From positions 109,308,001 through 109,372,000 of the forward strand of contig NC_045696.1 in the NCBI RefSeq assembly GCF_009834535.1: DNA of 64,000 bases, in the 5' to 3' direction. The notes under the pieces are model-generated. The model worked only from the letters and a program-made list of their open reading frames with translations, searched no databases and was not told the DNA's origin. The position numbers and the translations under genes are program-made. Position 1 is the first letter of the stretch; each line of letters begins with the position of its first letter. This stretch comes from Camelus ferus. Lineage: Eukaryota. This document shows, piece after piece, positions 1 through 11,682 of this stretch.

Positions 1-100
1 TTATATTTATCATGTTGTACATGACATCTCTAGTACTTACTTAGCTTGTAACTGGAAGTTTGTACTTTTTGACTACCTTCATTTTGTTCCCCCTTCCCCT
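1..100 (-). mobile_element. Fragment of an L1 3' UTR (L1MA9/artiodactyl-like), cut by the window edge
   Basis: cttgtaactggaagtttgtac motif shared with 37021-37040 and 62612-62636. Confidence 0.7.
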
Positions 101-689
101 GAATTAAAAAAAAAAAAAAGCATACATTAAGGTTTACTCAGTTGTAGTATATGGATTTTATAAATGCATCCACTATAGTATCATATAGAATAGTTTTACC
201 ACCTAAAGAATCCCCTGTGATGGAGGCATTTATATTTAATACCTCCCCTTATATTTTAAGTAAATTTGCTTTTAAAATACATTTATTATGGAAAATGTCA
301 AACATTCAAAAGTAGACAGAATATTATAATGAAGCTCTATGTATCCATCATCCAGCTTCAACAACTGTCATCTCATGGCCTGTTTTGTTTGGTCTATACC
401 ACTCCACTCCCCAGTCTACTCCCTTGTCGTCACTCCCCTCCTCCTCTGCTTGGATTATTCTGAAGCAAAGTCAGACATAAAATTTTGTAAACAACTTTTT
501 GGTATGTATCTAAAAGATAATCACTCTTTACAGTTTTGTAATAACCATTATCATACCTAAGAAATTAACAGTAATTCAGAAATATCAAATATCTAGGCTT
601 AGATCTCCCTGATTTAGAAATGAATGTTATGTAGAGATTCTTGCCTGCCACCTGTTTCCTCTCTTGTCCCTGCCCCAAGACCACACCAC

Positions 690-1050
690 TTGTAGTTCCT
701 TTGATCCCAAGCTCTTCTCACCCCAGTGTCTGTATTTGATGGTTGCTCTGCCTTACATACTTTCCCCAGATCTTTACATGGCTGGAGCCTTCTAGATCTC
801 AACTTAAAATTACTTCCTCAGACAGCCTTGCCTTTCTAGGATTGACTCCTAGTGTCACTCTGTTCTGTCACTGTGGTTTATTTTATGCACCTGACACTTT
901 TGTTGTTTCCATCTCCCCCTGTAGGAAAAGTTAATTCTGTTTAAGTAGAGACCTTTTATATTGTTGTACTCTATATCCCCACACCTAAAACAGTACCTGG
1001 CATATAGTAGATGTTCAGTAAATGTTCACTGAATAAATAAATGAATGACT
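690..1050 (+). mobile_element. L2 LINE 3' end remnant
   Basis: cagtacctggcatatagtagatgttcagtaaatgttcactgaataaataaatgaatga is a typical L2 terminus. Confidence 0.7.
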
Positions 1051-1726
1051 CATATTTTTTTTTATTGGATTCACTATCTGATGCCTTACGGGGGTCATCA
1101 TTCTCTTGATCATTTCCTGTTGCCCGCTAAGCTGTTACGCATAAGGTGATTGGACCGAACTTGTACTTATGAGTGGAAGTTTAAATAAATCAGTTCTGAT
1201 AACTTATTTCTTCTGAAGTTGCCTAATTTCCCCAAGTCTTTGTCCCTTGAACCCCCTGTCCCCCAGGGAAGGTGCCCTGCATCTTGGCTTCCATAGCTCT
1301 ATACTTTGTACAAACACATCTGTATCACTGTACCCATCACATTCTGTCTTTTCCCTATTTTGCTAAGGCCACCTCATGGTTTGGCACATAGTAGTCTCTC
1401 AGCTGATTGGTGTTCCACACTACAGTTAAAAGATGTAAAGTATTCAAGAGAGATTCTGCAAAAGCCTCTTCAGTAATTAAAAGCTGGCTGGGAAGTAGAA
1501 TTTCTCACTTTTTATTCTGAAATGCTAACATGCTGTTAATCTTAGCCAGTGTATTTTTTCATCTCATACATTGTAGCTTTCACCTCTGGAAATTTGATTT
1601 GCGTCTTTTTGTATCTTTTGTGTCTCTACTTAACTTTTTGACCATATGGGGTATAGTTATGATAGTTGTTTCGATGTCTGATAACTCTAACATTTGTGCT
1701 AGTTCTGGGTTGGTTTCAGTTGATCG

Positions 1727-1727
1727 A

Positions 1728-1758
<31 letters not shown>

Positions 1759-1770
1759 GTCTATCTATCT
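1727..1770. repeat. (TCTG)n(TCTA)n compound microsatellite
   Basis: Directly visible. Confidence 0.9.
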
Positions 1771-4700
1771 TGCTTTCTTTGCATGCCTGATAGTTTTTAA
1801 CTGGGTGGCAGGCATTATGAATTTTACCCTCCTGGGTGCTGGATATTTTTGTATTCCTATAAATATTCTTGGATTCTGTTCTGGGACTCAGTTAAGTTAC
1901 CTGGAAACAGTTTGATCCTTTCAAGTCTTACTTTTAAGACTGATAGGACAGGAGCAGTGATCAGTGTAGGTCTCATTATTCCTGATTACTGAATCAGGAC
2001 CCTTCTGTATACTTTCTCCAGTGACCTGTGACTCATGAGGTTTTTCAGTCTGGCTGGTGTCAAAGATGATATTCCAAAACCTGTGTAAGTGCTAGGCACT
2101 GTTAACGTTTTATCTTTCTCTGTCATTGCGCAGCTTCCTTATACATGCGTTGATTAGTACTCAGCTGAAGACCAGAAGGGCAGCCCCCTGCAGATCTTGG
2201 ACATTCTCTGTCTGTGCAGCTCTTTCCTCTCTGGCGCTTTGTCATGCGTACTCTACCTGTCATTGTCTTTCTGAACTCTGACATAGTTTTTCTGTTTTTT
2301 AGTTATTTCAGATAAGAGGGTTAATCGGGTCTTGTTATTCTTTCTTGTCCAGAAGTGGGAATAGCCAAAGATTATCTTTTTGATTGTTTGCTTCTTTTCT
2401 AAGGTTGTTTAACACCTTAGTTTATTTGTTAAATGAGACAGTTTAGTCCCATTTCAAGAAAAAAGTTCTAAGGTTTGTATATGTGTGCATGCACATGTCC
2501 AGGTATGTTGGTTTATAGTAGAAAACATGGTGTGGGACAATACTGGATTTGAAATCTGTGTGAGTTTTAATTTCCATCTCTTCCATCTGCCGTAGATAGG
2601 CAGGTAATTCGTGTTTCTGAGTGTTGGTTCCCTCGTGTATGAGATGCTTTTCAATGTATAACAGGATGTCTGTTATCCCAGTTGCTATAATGTATGTGAA
2701 AATGTTACACAATCCTCAAAATAATTTTAGTTATTGGTCAGGGATTTGCATGTTTTTGGATGAAAACCAAAATCATAGAATGTTGGAAAGAGAAGTCATT
2801 TAGATGCCATCTAGTGGTTGATTGCCTTGATTAGCAACATTCATTACTCGCTGAAAAATTATTTGAGCATACACTAGGCCTTATTTTAGGGGCTTGACAT
2901 ATTTTGGTGAATAAAGCAGATAAAGATCCCAGCCTTCATGAAACTAGCTTCTAGCAGAGAGCTAAGTGACTTGCCTGAGAAAAGAATTGAGGTAGCTTTG
3001 GAATATGACTCCAAGTTGGCACTGGATTTGCTGGCAGGGAGGAGTAATGCTTATGAGTTCTCCATTGTGCTTTGAGCTCCTGGTCATGACAGCTAGCGCT
3101 GAGTTACTGAGGCCTCCACAGCTGACTGAGAGAACGTGCTCCTATTCAGAGTTGGCTATGAAAGAAGTTGAATGATGGTTATGTCAGACTGTGAATAAAT
3201 TAGTCCATCTCTACTGTAGAGCTGTACCTGCAGTGCATGTATGAGCTGGTGAGATCATTTTCTTCCTGAAATAAAGCAGGAACCAATGATAAATTATTTT
3301 CCAGAGGACCATTTTACCAGATACTGGAAGATTCTGGCTCTATGGCAGGGCACGCTTCATGTTTTATGTTACGGTGCTGAAGATTATGGGCTATGTTTTT
3401 GTTACTTACTATTCTTGGATAGGAATTGGGAAGCATCTTTAACATCTCTGCAGTTGTGGTATATATCACACCTTTGGGGAAATTCTTTTATGGGTTTTTT
3501 TTTTTAATGACAAATATATTAATTGGATGTGAAAGCTTGTTTTCTGATCCTGTGTTTTAGTGTCCAACTCTCTTGGTAATTTCTTACCCATTTGCTATAT
3601 TATTTTTGGATAGGGAAGATGACTGAATTATGAGTCATCCATTTGAAATCAAAAGTGGCAATACTCTTGAAGAGAAAAAAAAAGTGACCATACTCTCCCT
3701 TTGATTCCACACAACTTCTCCCAAAGCTGATGTTGTCACAGGTTCTAGAGAGGTAGTCGTGAGCAAAGCATTTGTGATGCATAGCTTTGGGTTTCCATTT
3801 TCAGGGATCACAGAATTACAGTGGAAGCTGTGTACTGAAATGGAGGATGGGGAGGGGGGAATGCTGAGTAAGAGAACAGTCGCACCCTGTGGCCTGGTCT
3901 GTTAAGGCAGTGGCAACTAACAGCCACTCCAGTGGATTGTTTGTAAGTGAGCTGTTGATTTTGATCATATCATGTATTCTTCCTAAAGTGACAAAGTAAG
4001 GAAGGTGCTAAGTGATCGCAGGTGCCCAGTTTTTCCTTGAGGGGATCAGGAGACTCCTTTCCGTGCCTGGTGTTTCTTCGGGAGGATCAGGAGATTCCCT
4101 TCTTTGACCTTGACTCCCTAGCTACCTCTCAGGGACCAAAGAGTGGGTCCGCTTGCCTTTCCTTCGAAGAGGCCAATTTTAGGCTGGAGATGAGGAGGCA
4201 GCCTGTAAGAAGCGGGTGGAAGGAAGGGCATATTTACTTTGTCTGTTATTGATCATGCATGTCTTATTTCTCATAAACGCTCACTTTAATTCTTTTTATA
4301 CTCTCTGTGTGTACATGTATACACTCTCGACTGGTTTTATCCAGACATGGTTGCAGGAGAAATATAGGAGGAAAATGCTGAAATGGGCAAAGATTGCATG
4401 AAAAATCTTAATCTACAAGATAATTGTTTAAACAGCTGTGGGGGATTCAAGATTTATGTGCTTTTTATTTTTTTAACTGTGAAGAAAGAATACCCCTTTC
4501 CTACAGTCTAACACTTGTAAATTCCCTGTCTTATGTAGTTAAATATTAGGTCTCACCAAATTTTCTACATATAATTTGACTATAGCTAGATTTATGAGAT
4601 TCTGATGGGCAAATTGCTACTTTATTGTATCTATTTCAGCTTTTTAGTCTCCATTAACTAGGAAAATTTGAAATAAGAGCTCCATGTTTATTTCCTTTTA

Positions 4701-7615
4701 GCATTGGTTAAAATATTTAGTGGTTTCACTATAGACATGTGGAGGCTAAACAATATGCTACTGAACAACCAGAGGATCACTGAAGAAATCAAAGAGGAAA
4801 TAAGAAAATGCTTAGAGACAAATGCAAATGTCCCCCAAATCTCTGGAACACAGTAAAAGCTGTTCGAAGAGGGAAGTTTATAGAGATACAAGCCTACCTC
4901 AGGAAATAAGAACAATCTCAAGCAAACAACCTAGCTTTACACCTAAAGCAACTAGAGAAAGAAGAACAAACAAAACCCAAGGTTAGTAGAAGGAAAGAAA
5001 TCATAAACATTAAAGCAGAAATAAATGAAAGAGAGACTAAAAACCAGTAGGAAAGATCAATGAAACTAAAAGCTGGTTCTTTGAAAATATAAACAAAATT
5101 GATAAATATTTAAGCCAGACTCATCAAGAAAAAAAGGGAGAGGGCACAAATGAATAAAATCAGAAATGAAAAAGGAGAAGTCACAACTGACACCACTGAA
5201 ATACAAAGGATCATAAGAGGCTACTATGAGCAACTGTGTACCAAAAAAAAGGAAAACCTAGAAGAAAAACCTTCTTAGAAAGGTACAGCTGCCAAGACTG
5301 AACCAGGAAGAAGTAGAAAATATGAAAAGACCAATTACCACTACTGAAAATGAATCGGTAATTTAAAAACTCCCAACAAACAAAAGTCCAGGACCAGATG
5401 GCTTCACAGGTGAATTCTACCAAACATTTAGAGAAGAGTTAACACCTATCCTGAAACTGTTCCCAAAAATTGCAGAGGAAGGAACACTTCTGACCTCATT
5501 CTATGAGGCCACCATCACCCTGATACCAAAACCAGACAAAGATATCACAAAAAAAGAAAATTATAGGTCAATATCACTTACGAATATAGCTGTAAAAATC
5601 CTCAATAAAATGCTAGCAAATTGACTCCAGCAATTCATGAAAAGGATCATGTACCATGATCAAGTGGGATTTTTCCCAGGGATGCAAGGATTTTTCAATA
5701 GCTGCAAATCAGTCAGTGTTCTACACCACATTAACAAATTGAAAAATAAAAACCATAAAACCATATGATCATCTTAATTAATGCAGAAAAAGCTTTTGGT
5801 AAAATCCAACATCCATTTATGACAGAAACACTATAGAAAGTGCGTATAAAGGGAATATACCTCAACATAATAAAGGCCGTATATGACAAACCCATAGCTA
5901 ATGTCATACTTAATGGTGAAAGGCTGAAAGCATTTCCTCTGAGATCAGGAACAAGGAAGGATGCCCACTCTAACCACTTTTTTTCAACATAGTTTTAGAA
6001 GTCCTAGCCACAGCAATCAGAGAAGAAAGAGAAATAAAAGGAATCCAAATTGGAAAAGAAGTAAAACTGTCACTGTTTGCAGATGACATGATACTATGCA
6101 TAGAAAATCCTAAAGACGCTACCAGGAAACTACTGGAGATCATCAATGAATTTGGTAAAGTTTCAGGATACAAAATTAATATACAGAATCAGTCGCATTT
6201 CTATATACTAACAATGAAGTGGCAGAAAAAGAAATTAAGGAAACAATCCCATTTACCGTCACATCAAAAAATAAAATATTTAGGAATAAATCTACCTAAG
6301 GAGGCAAAAGACCTGTACTCCAAAAACTATAAGACATTGATGAAAGAAATTGAAGAGACACAAACAGATGGAAAGATGTATCATGTTCTTAGTCTGGAAG
6401 AATCAATACTGTTAAAATTGCCACACTACCCAAGGCAGTATGCAGATTCAGTGCAATCCCTATCAAATTACTGATGACATTTTTCACAGAACTGGAACAA
6501 AAAATGTTACAATTTCATGGAAACACAAAAGACCTCAAGTAGCCAAAAGAATCTTGAGAAAGAAGAATGGAGCTGTGGGAATCATGCTCCCTGACTTCAG
6601 ACTATACTACAAAGTTACAGTAATCAAAACAGTATGGTACTGGCACAAAAACCACATAGATCAATGGAATAGAATAGGAAATCTTGAAATAAACCCATGT
6701 ACTTATGGTCAATTAATCTATGAGAAAGGAGGAAAGAATATACAATGGAGAAAAGACAGTCTCTTTAATAAGTGGTGCTTGGGAAACTGGACAGCTACCT
6801 GTAAAAGAATGAAATGAGAACATTCTCTAACACTGTATACAAAAGTAAACTCAAAATGGATTAAAGACTTAAATATAAGACTGGATATTATAAAACTCCT
6901 AGGAAAACATAGGCAGAACACTGACATAAATTGCAGCAATATTTTTTTTTCAAACCAGCTCCTAGAGTAATGGAAATAAAAGCAAAAATAAACAAATTGG
7001 ACCTAATTAAACTTAAAAGCTTTTGCACAGCTAAGGATACCGTCAAAAAAAAAACAAAAAACCTACAGAATGGGAGAAGATATTTGCAAATGATGAGACC
7101 GACAAGGGACTAATTTCCAAAATATACAAACAACTCATACAGCTTAGTATAAAAAAAACAAGCAATCCTATCAAAAAATGGGCAGAAGAAGATATCCAGT
7201 TGCCCAACAAGCACATGAAAAGATGCTCCACTTGCTAATTGTTAGAGAAATGCAAATCAAAACTACAATGAGGTATCACCTCACACCAGTCAAAATGGCC
7301 ATCATTAAAAAGTATATTACTATTAAAATAATAAAAGCCGGATAGGGTGTGAAGAAAAAAGAATCCTTCTACGCTGTTGGTGGGAGTGTAAATTGGTGCA
7401 GCCACTATGGAGGACAGTATGGAGGTTCCTTAAAAAACTAAAAATAAACTTACCCTATGATCCAGTAGTCCCACTCCCGAGCATATATCCTGAGAAAAAT
7501 ATAATTCACAAAGACACCTGCACCTCAGTGTTTACAGCAGCATTATTTACAGTAGACGAGACATGGGAACAACCTAACTGTCCATCGACAGATGACTGGA
7601 TAAAGAAGATGTGGT

Positions 7616-7930
7616 CTTTAGAGGGTAAGGAGGCTTCTGAGGAGGAAGAGGAGGAAACCACAAGCCACAAGGAAAGAAGATGAAGTTTGAATAGTTTCTT
7701 CTATCCCTGTCTTTCTCTATTTGAAAGAAAGGACTCTTGGGTTTTTATTCTGTTACTTTATCAATGACAGAGCCTTCTGAGGACATTCCAAGAAAGTATA
7801 CAGCCTTGTGATCTACTTGGAAATTTGTGTATATAACATTTCAAGAGAGAGAACCCTGTTGGTTTTGACTAGATATTCATATAAACTTTTTAAAGATATG
7901 AGTGCTACAGCTAACCCTTTAAAAAAAAAA
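7616..7930 (+). pseudogene. NCL: 5'-truncated processed pseudogene of nucleolin (last ~25 codons, 3' UTR and poly-A) nested in the L1
   Basis: Frame from 7617 reads FRG*GGF*GGRGGNHKPQGKKMKFE* versus recalled NCL C-terminus FGGRGGFRGGRGGGGDHKPQGKKTKFE*; 3' UTR resembles recalled NCL; A-tract from 7921; TSD aagat(g/a)tggt at 7606-7615 and 7931-7940. Confidence 0.9.
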
Positions 7931-7948
7931 AAGATATGGTACACACAG

Positions 7949-7954
<6 letters not shown>

Positions 7955-7987
<33 letters not shown>
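7955..7987. repeat. (CA)n microsatellite
   Basis: Directly visible, about 16 units. Confidence 0.95.
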
Positions 7988-7988
<1 letters not shown>

Positions 7989-9804
7989 ACAGACTAATGG
8001 ACTATTACCCAGCCATAAAAAATGAATGGAATAATGCCATTTGCAGCAACATGGATGGACCTAGAGATTATCATATTAAATGAAGTAAGTCAGACAGAAT
8101 CTTGTAATGTCACTTATATGTGGAATCTAAGAAAAAAAAGACACTAATTTTATTTACAAACCAGAAATAGACTTAAGAACATAGAGAACAAACTGGTTAC
8201 CAGGGAGGAAGGGGTGGGGAGGAATAATTTAGGAATTTGGGATTAATAGATACACATTACTGTATGTAAAATAGATAAACAACAAGGACCTACTTACAGC
8301 ACAGGGAACTATATTCAGTTTTTTGTAATGAGCTGTAATGGAAAAGAATCTGGAGAAAAGAAAAGAAATGGAAAAGAGTATGTATATAAGTATAACTGAA
8401 TTTCTTTGCTGTACACATGAAACTAACATTGTAAATCAACTACATGTCAATAAAATAAGAATTAAAAAATATTAAGTGGTTTCATACATCGTAAGTGGTT
8501 TTGGCTTTTTTCCTCTGGCTCATGTACCACACTGTCCTCAGAACCTTGAAGATTATCTTGACTAAATAAATGTTTAAGTTTTGACTAGCATTTGGAAACT
8601 GTAGATGATGTCATAGAATAATAGAGTTTTGGCTGACATTTGGAAACCATGGATGATATCATAGAATAATAGAATTTTGTGGCTGAGGAGGGACTTTAAT
8701 ATCATCTGGTTTAACTCCCTTGTTTTGAGAAAATTGATGCCTGGAGAAGGTGGTTAAATAATTGATTGCCAAAGGTCACTCAGCTACTTATTAGGAAAAC
8801 CTCTGCTTTAGTTCTATTTCCACGACATCACTTTTGTTTTTCTGCTTTAACTGATTCCTGATGTTTTTTAAAAAATATCATTTCCCTTAAAATCCATCTT
8901 TAATGTAGTTGATTTCTATCAACAGCAGCCATTAGTGCATCTAACATTTGAGTAGCTGCACATATACTAAACCCAGCCTTGTTGTGAGATGTGCAGGGTA
9001 GTCGGGGAGACGGACATGTGAACAGCTCCCTGAAATGTATTCTGTTAAGTGCTGTCAGGGTGACTCTTTTTTAATGGGAGGTGGTTTGGTCATTGGCACT
9101 AATTGACCTTTGGAAACTAATAGTTAACTTTTAAAAATTATTTGGAAAAAATTTTGAACTAATGAATTATTTGAACTTGAGCTACAGAGGCCAGGTCATG
9201 TAGAATACAGGCCAATATGAACTTAATATTGTCTAGCAGAAAATGAATTTTTCTTGATGGATATTGAGAGTTTTGTAGAAATAACTAATGGTTTTCAGTT
9301 TGGAATTTGGGTTGTTTAAAAATAAATTTATAACAAATTTCATATTTTCTAACAAGAGAGCAACATTCCCACTTTGCTGGGATTGGCAGTGAGAAAATTT
9401 AAGTCTGGTTACTGTAGTCGAACAACTGAAATGTTTTTCATCTTAGGTTGGAATAGAGAAATTCTATGCATTCTAATAACAAAATGCTGCTTTCCCCTTC
9501 AGTCCATGGCTGTGTGCTCTTGTTCCTGTGCGCCTTCCAGCATAGCCCCTTTCCACCCTCCATCCACTGTAGTTTGCCTGCTCTGTCCTCCCTTCTGCGG
9601 ACACTTTCTCTTTTATCTTGTGGCGCTCCAGTGCTGCTTTGAGGTCTCCTCTGACTCTTTCTTTCATAGTGCTGCTTTATCTCTTCCCGTTAACTGAAAC
9701 CTGATTTCCTCTTGTGGGTGAAAATTTCCTCATAACCCTTTCCATTCATTGGAAGCCAGTTTTAGTATACTCCCTCCCCATTTGTAGGGGAAGAGCCAGC
9801 TTTT

Positions 9805-10693
9805 TTCTTTCCTTTTTAAAAAATAATAATTTGTTGAGGTGAAATTCACATGACAAAATTAACCACTGTAAAGTGAGTAATTCAGTAACATTTAGTACAT
9901 TTACTATGTTGTGCAGCCACCATTTCTGACTAGTTCTAAAACGTTTTCATTGCTCTAAAGTAAAATTCCTCACCTGTTAAGCAGTTTTTTCTCATCTCCT
10001 TCTCTCCCCAGCCCTTGACAACCACCAACCACCAACTTACATTCTATTTCTTTGGATTTTCTATCCTGAATATGTCATGTAAATGGACTCATATGATATG
10101 AGACCACTTGTATCTGGCTTCTTTTATTTAGCATAATGTTTTGGGGATTCATCCACATTGTAGCCTGTGTCAGTACTTCATTCCTTTCTAATGGCTGAAT
10201 AATACTGCATTCTATGTATATAACACAGTTTATCCACTCATCTGTTGATGGACGTTTGGGCTGTTTGTATATCTTTTCTATTGTGAATAATGCTGCTATG
10301 AACATGTTTGTTAAGTACTTGATTGAGTACCTGTTTTCAATTTTGGATATATACCTAGTAGAATTGTGGGTCATATGGGAATTCTGCATTTAACTTTTTT
10401 GAGAAACCACCAAACTTTTTCACAGTGGCTGGACCATTTTGCAGTCCTGTCAGCAATGTACAGAAGTTCCAGTTTCTCCAAATCCTCACTAACACTTGCT
10501 GTTTTCTGTTTTGTTAATTAAAGCTATCCTAGTTGATGTGAAGTGATGCCTCATTGTGTGTTTGTTTTTCAATTGAAGCTATCCTAGTAGATGTGAAGTG
10601 ATATTTCATTGTGGTTTTGATTTGCATTTCCCTACTGACTAATGATACGTGTTTGTTGACAATTTGTGTGTCTTTGGAGAAATGTCTATTCCA

Positions 10694-10725
<32 letters not shown>

Positions 10726-11682
10726 AATGGAGGTACTAGGGATTGAACTCAGGACTTTGTGCACGCTAAGCATGTGCTCCAACACTGAGCTATCCCCACC
10801 CTCTGGCTCATTTTTAAATTGAGTTGTCTTATCAGATACATAATTTACAATATTTTCTCCATTCCCTAGTTTTTCTTCACCTTCATAATGTCTTTCAATG
10901 CACAGAAGTTTTTGTTTTTTATTAAGTCCAATTTATCTACTTTTTTTCTGTTGCTCTTGACTATAGTGTCATATCTAAAAACCCACTGATGAATCTGAGG
11001 TCATGAAGATTTACTCCTTTATTTTCTTCTAAGAGTTTTGTAGTTTTAGTCCTTATATTTAGGTTGTTGATCCATTTTGAATTAGTTTTTATATACGATG
11101 TGAGGTTGGGGTCTAATTTCAGTCTTCTGTGTGTGGATATCTAGTTGTCCCAGCACCGTTTGCTGAATGGTCTTGGCACTCTTGTCAAAAATCAATAGGC
11201 TGGAAATGTGTAGGTTTATTTCCAGACTCTCAATTCTATTCCATAGGTCTAGATGTCTATCATGCCAGTACCACACTGTTTTGTTTTGTGCCTTTGTGAT
11301 GAGCTTTGAAATTGGAAAGTGTGAATCTTTCAACTGTGTTCTTCTTTTTCAAAATTGTTTTGGCTGTTGGGGGCCACTTTCAATTCCATATTAATTTGAG
11401 AATCTGCTTTCCATTTCTGCAAAAAAGGCAGTTAAAATTTTGATAGGGATTGCACTGACAGATCCCTTTGGATAGTATTGCCACCTTAACAGTAATAGTA
11501 GTAAGTCTTCTAATCCATGAAGATGAGATGTCTTTCCATTTATTTAGGTCTTCCTTAATTTCAGCAATGTTTCATAGTATATAAATTTTTCACCATCTTT
11601 AAATTTATTATTAGGTATTTTATTCTTCTGGATGCTATTATAAATGGAATTGTTTCTTAATTTCCTTTTTGGATTGTTCATT
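9805..11682 (-). mobile_element. Older 5'-truncated L1 (L1MB-like), antisense
   Basis: ORF2 C-terminal-like translations on the - strand ([27 protein letters not shown]); degenerate TSD aag..ccagctttt at 9791-9804 and 11683-11697. Confidence 0.9.
10703..10801 (-). mobile_element. Vic-1-like tRNA-Ala-derived SINE inserted in the L1
   Basis: Reverse complement GGGGATAGCTCAGTG (A box)...GAGTTCAATCCC (B box)...TACCTCCATT followed by a long A tail. Confidence 0.85.

Larger units (their letters stand above)
4729..8465 (+). mobile_element. 5'-truncated L1 (ORF2 from end of EN domain through RT, plus 3' UTR), degenerate, sense to RYK
   Basis: ORF2-like fragments ([31 protein letters not shown]); 19-bp TSD aaaatatt(t/a)agtggtttca at 4710-4728 and 8466-8484; TT|AAAA site; AATAAA at 8449-8454. 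Confidence 0.95.

Noticed and set aside
7393..7683. ORF ending in acidic EASEEEEEE
   Set aside because: Chimera of decayed L1 ORF2 and the NCL retrocopy read out of frame
4729..8465. Active reverse transcriptase gene or novel RT system
   Set aside because: Ordinary 5'-truncated L1 with frameshifts and stops; no ORF1 or promoter
10703..10801. tRNA-like sequences (also at 39031 and 48840)
   Set aside because: A tails, TSDs and no proper acceptor stem mark them as SINEs, not tRNA genes
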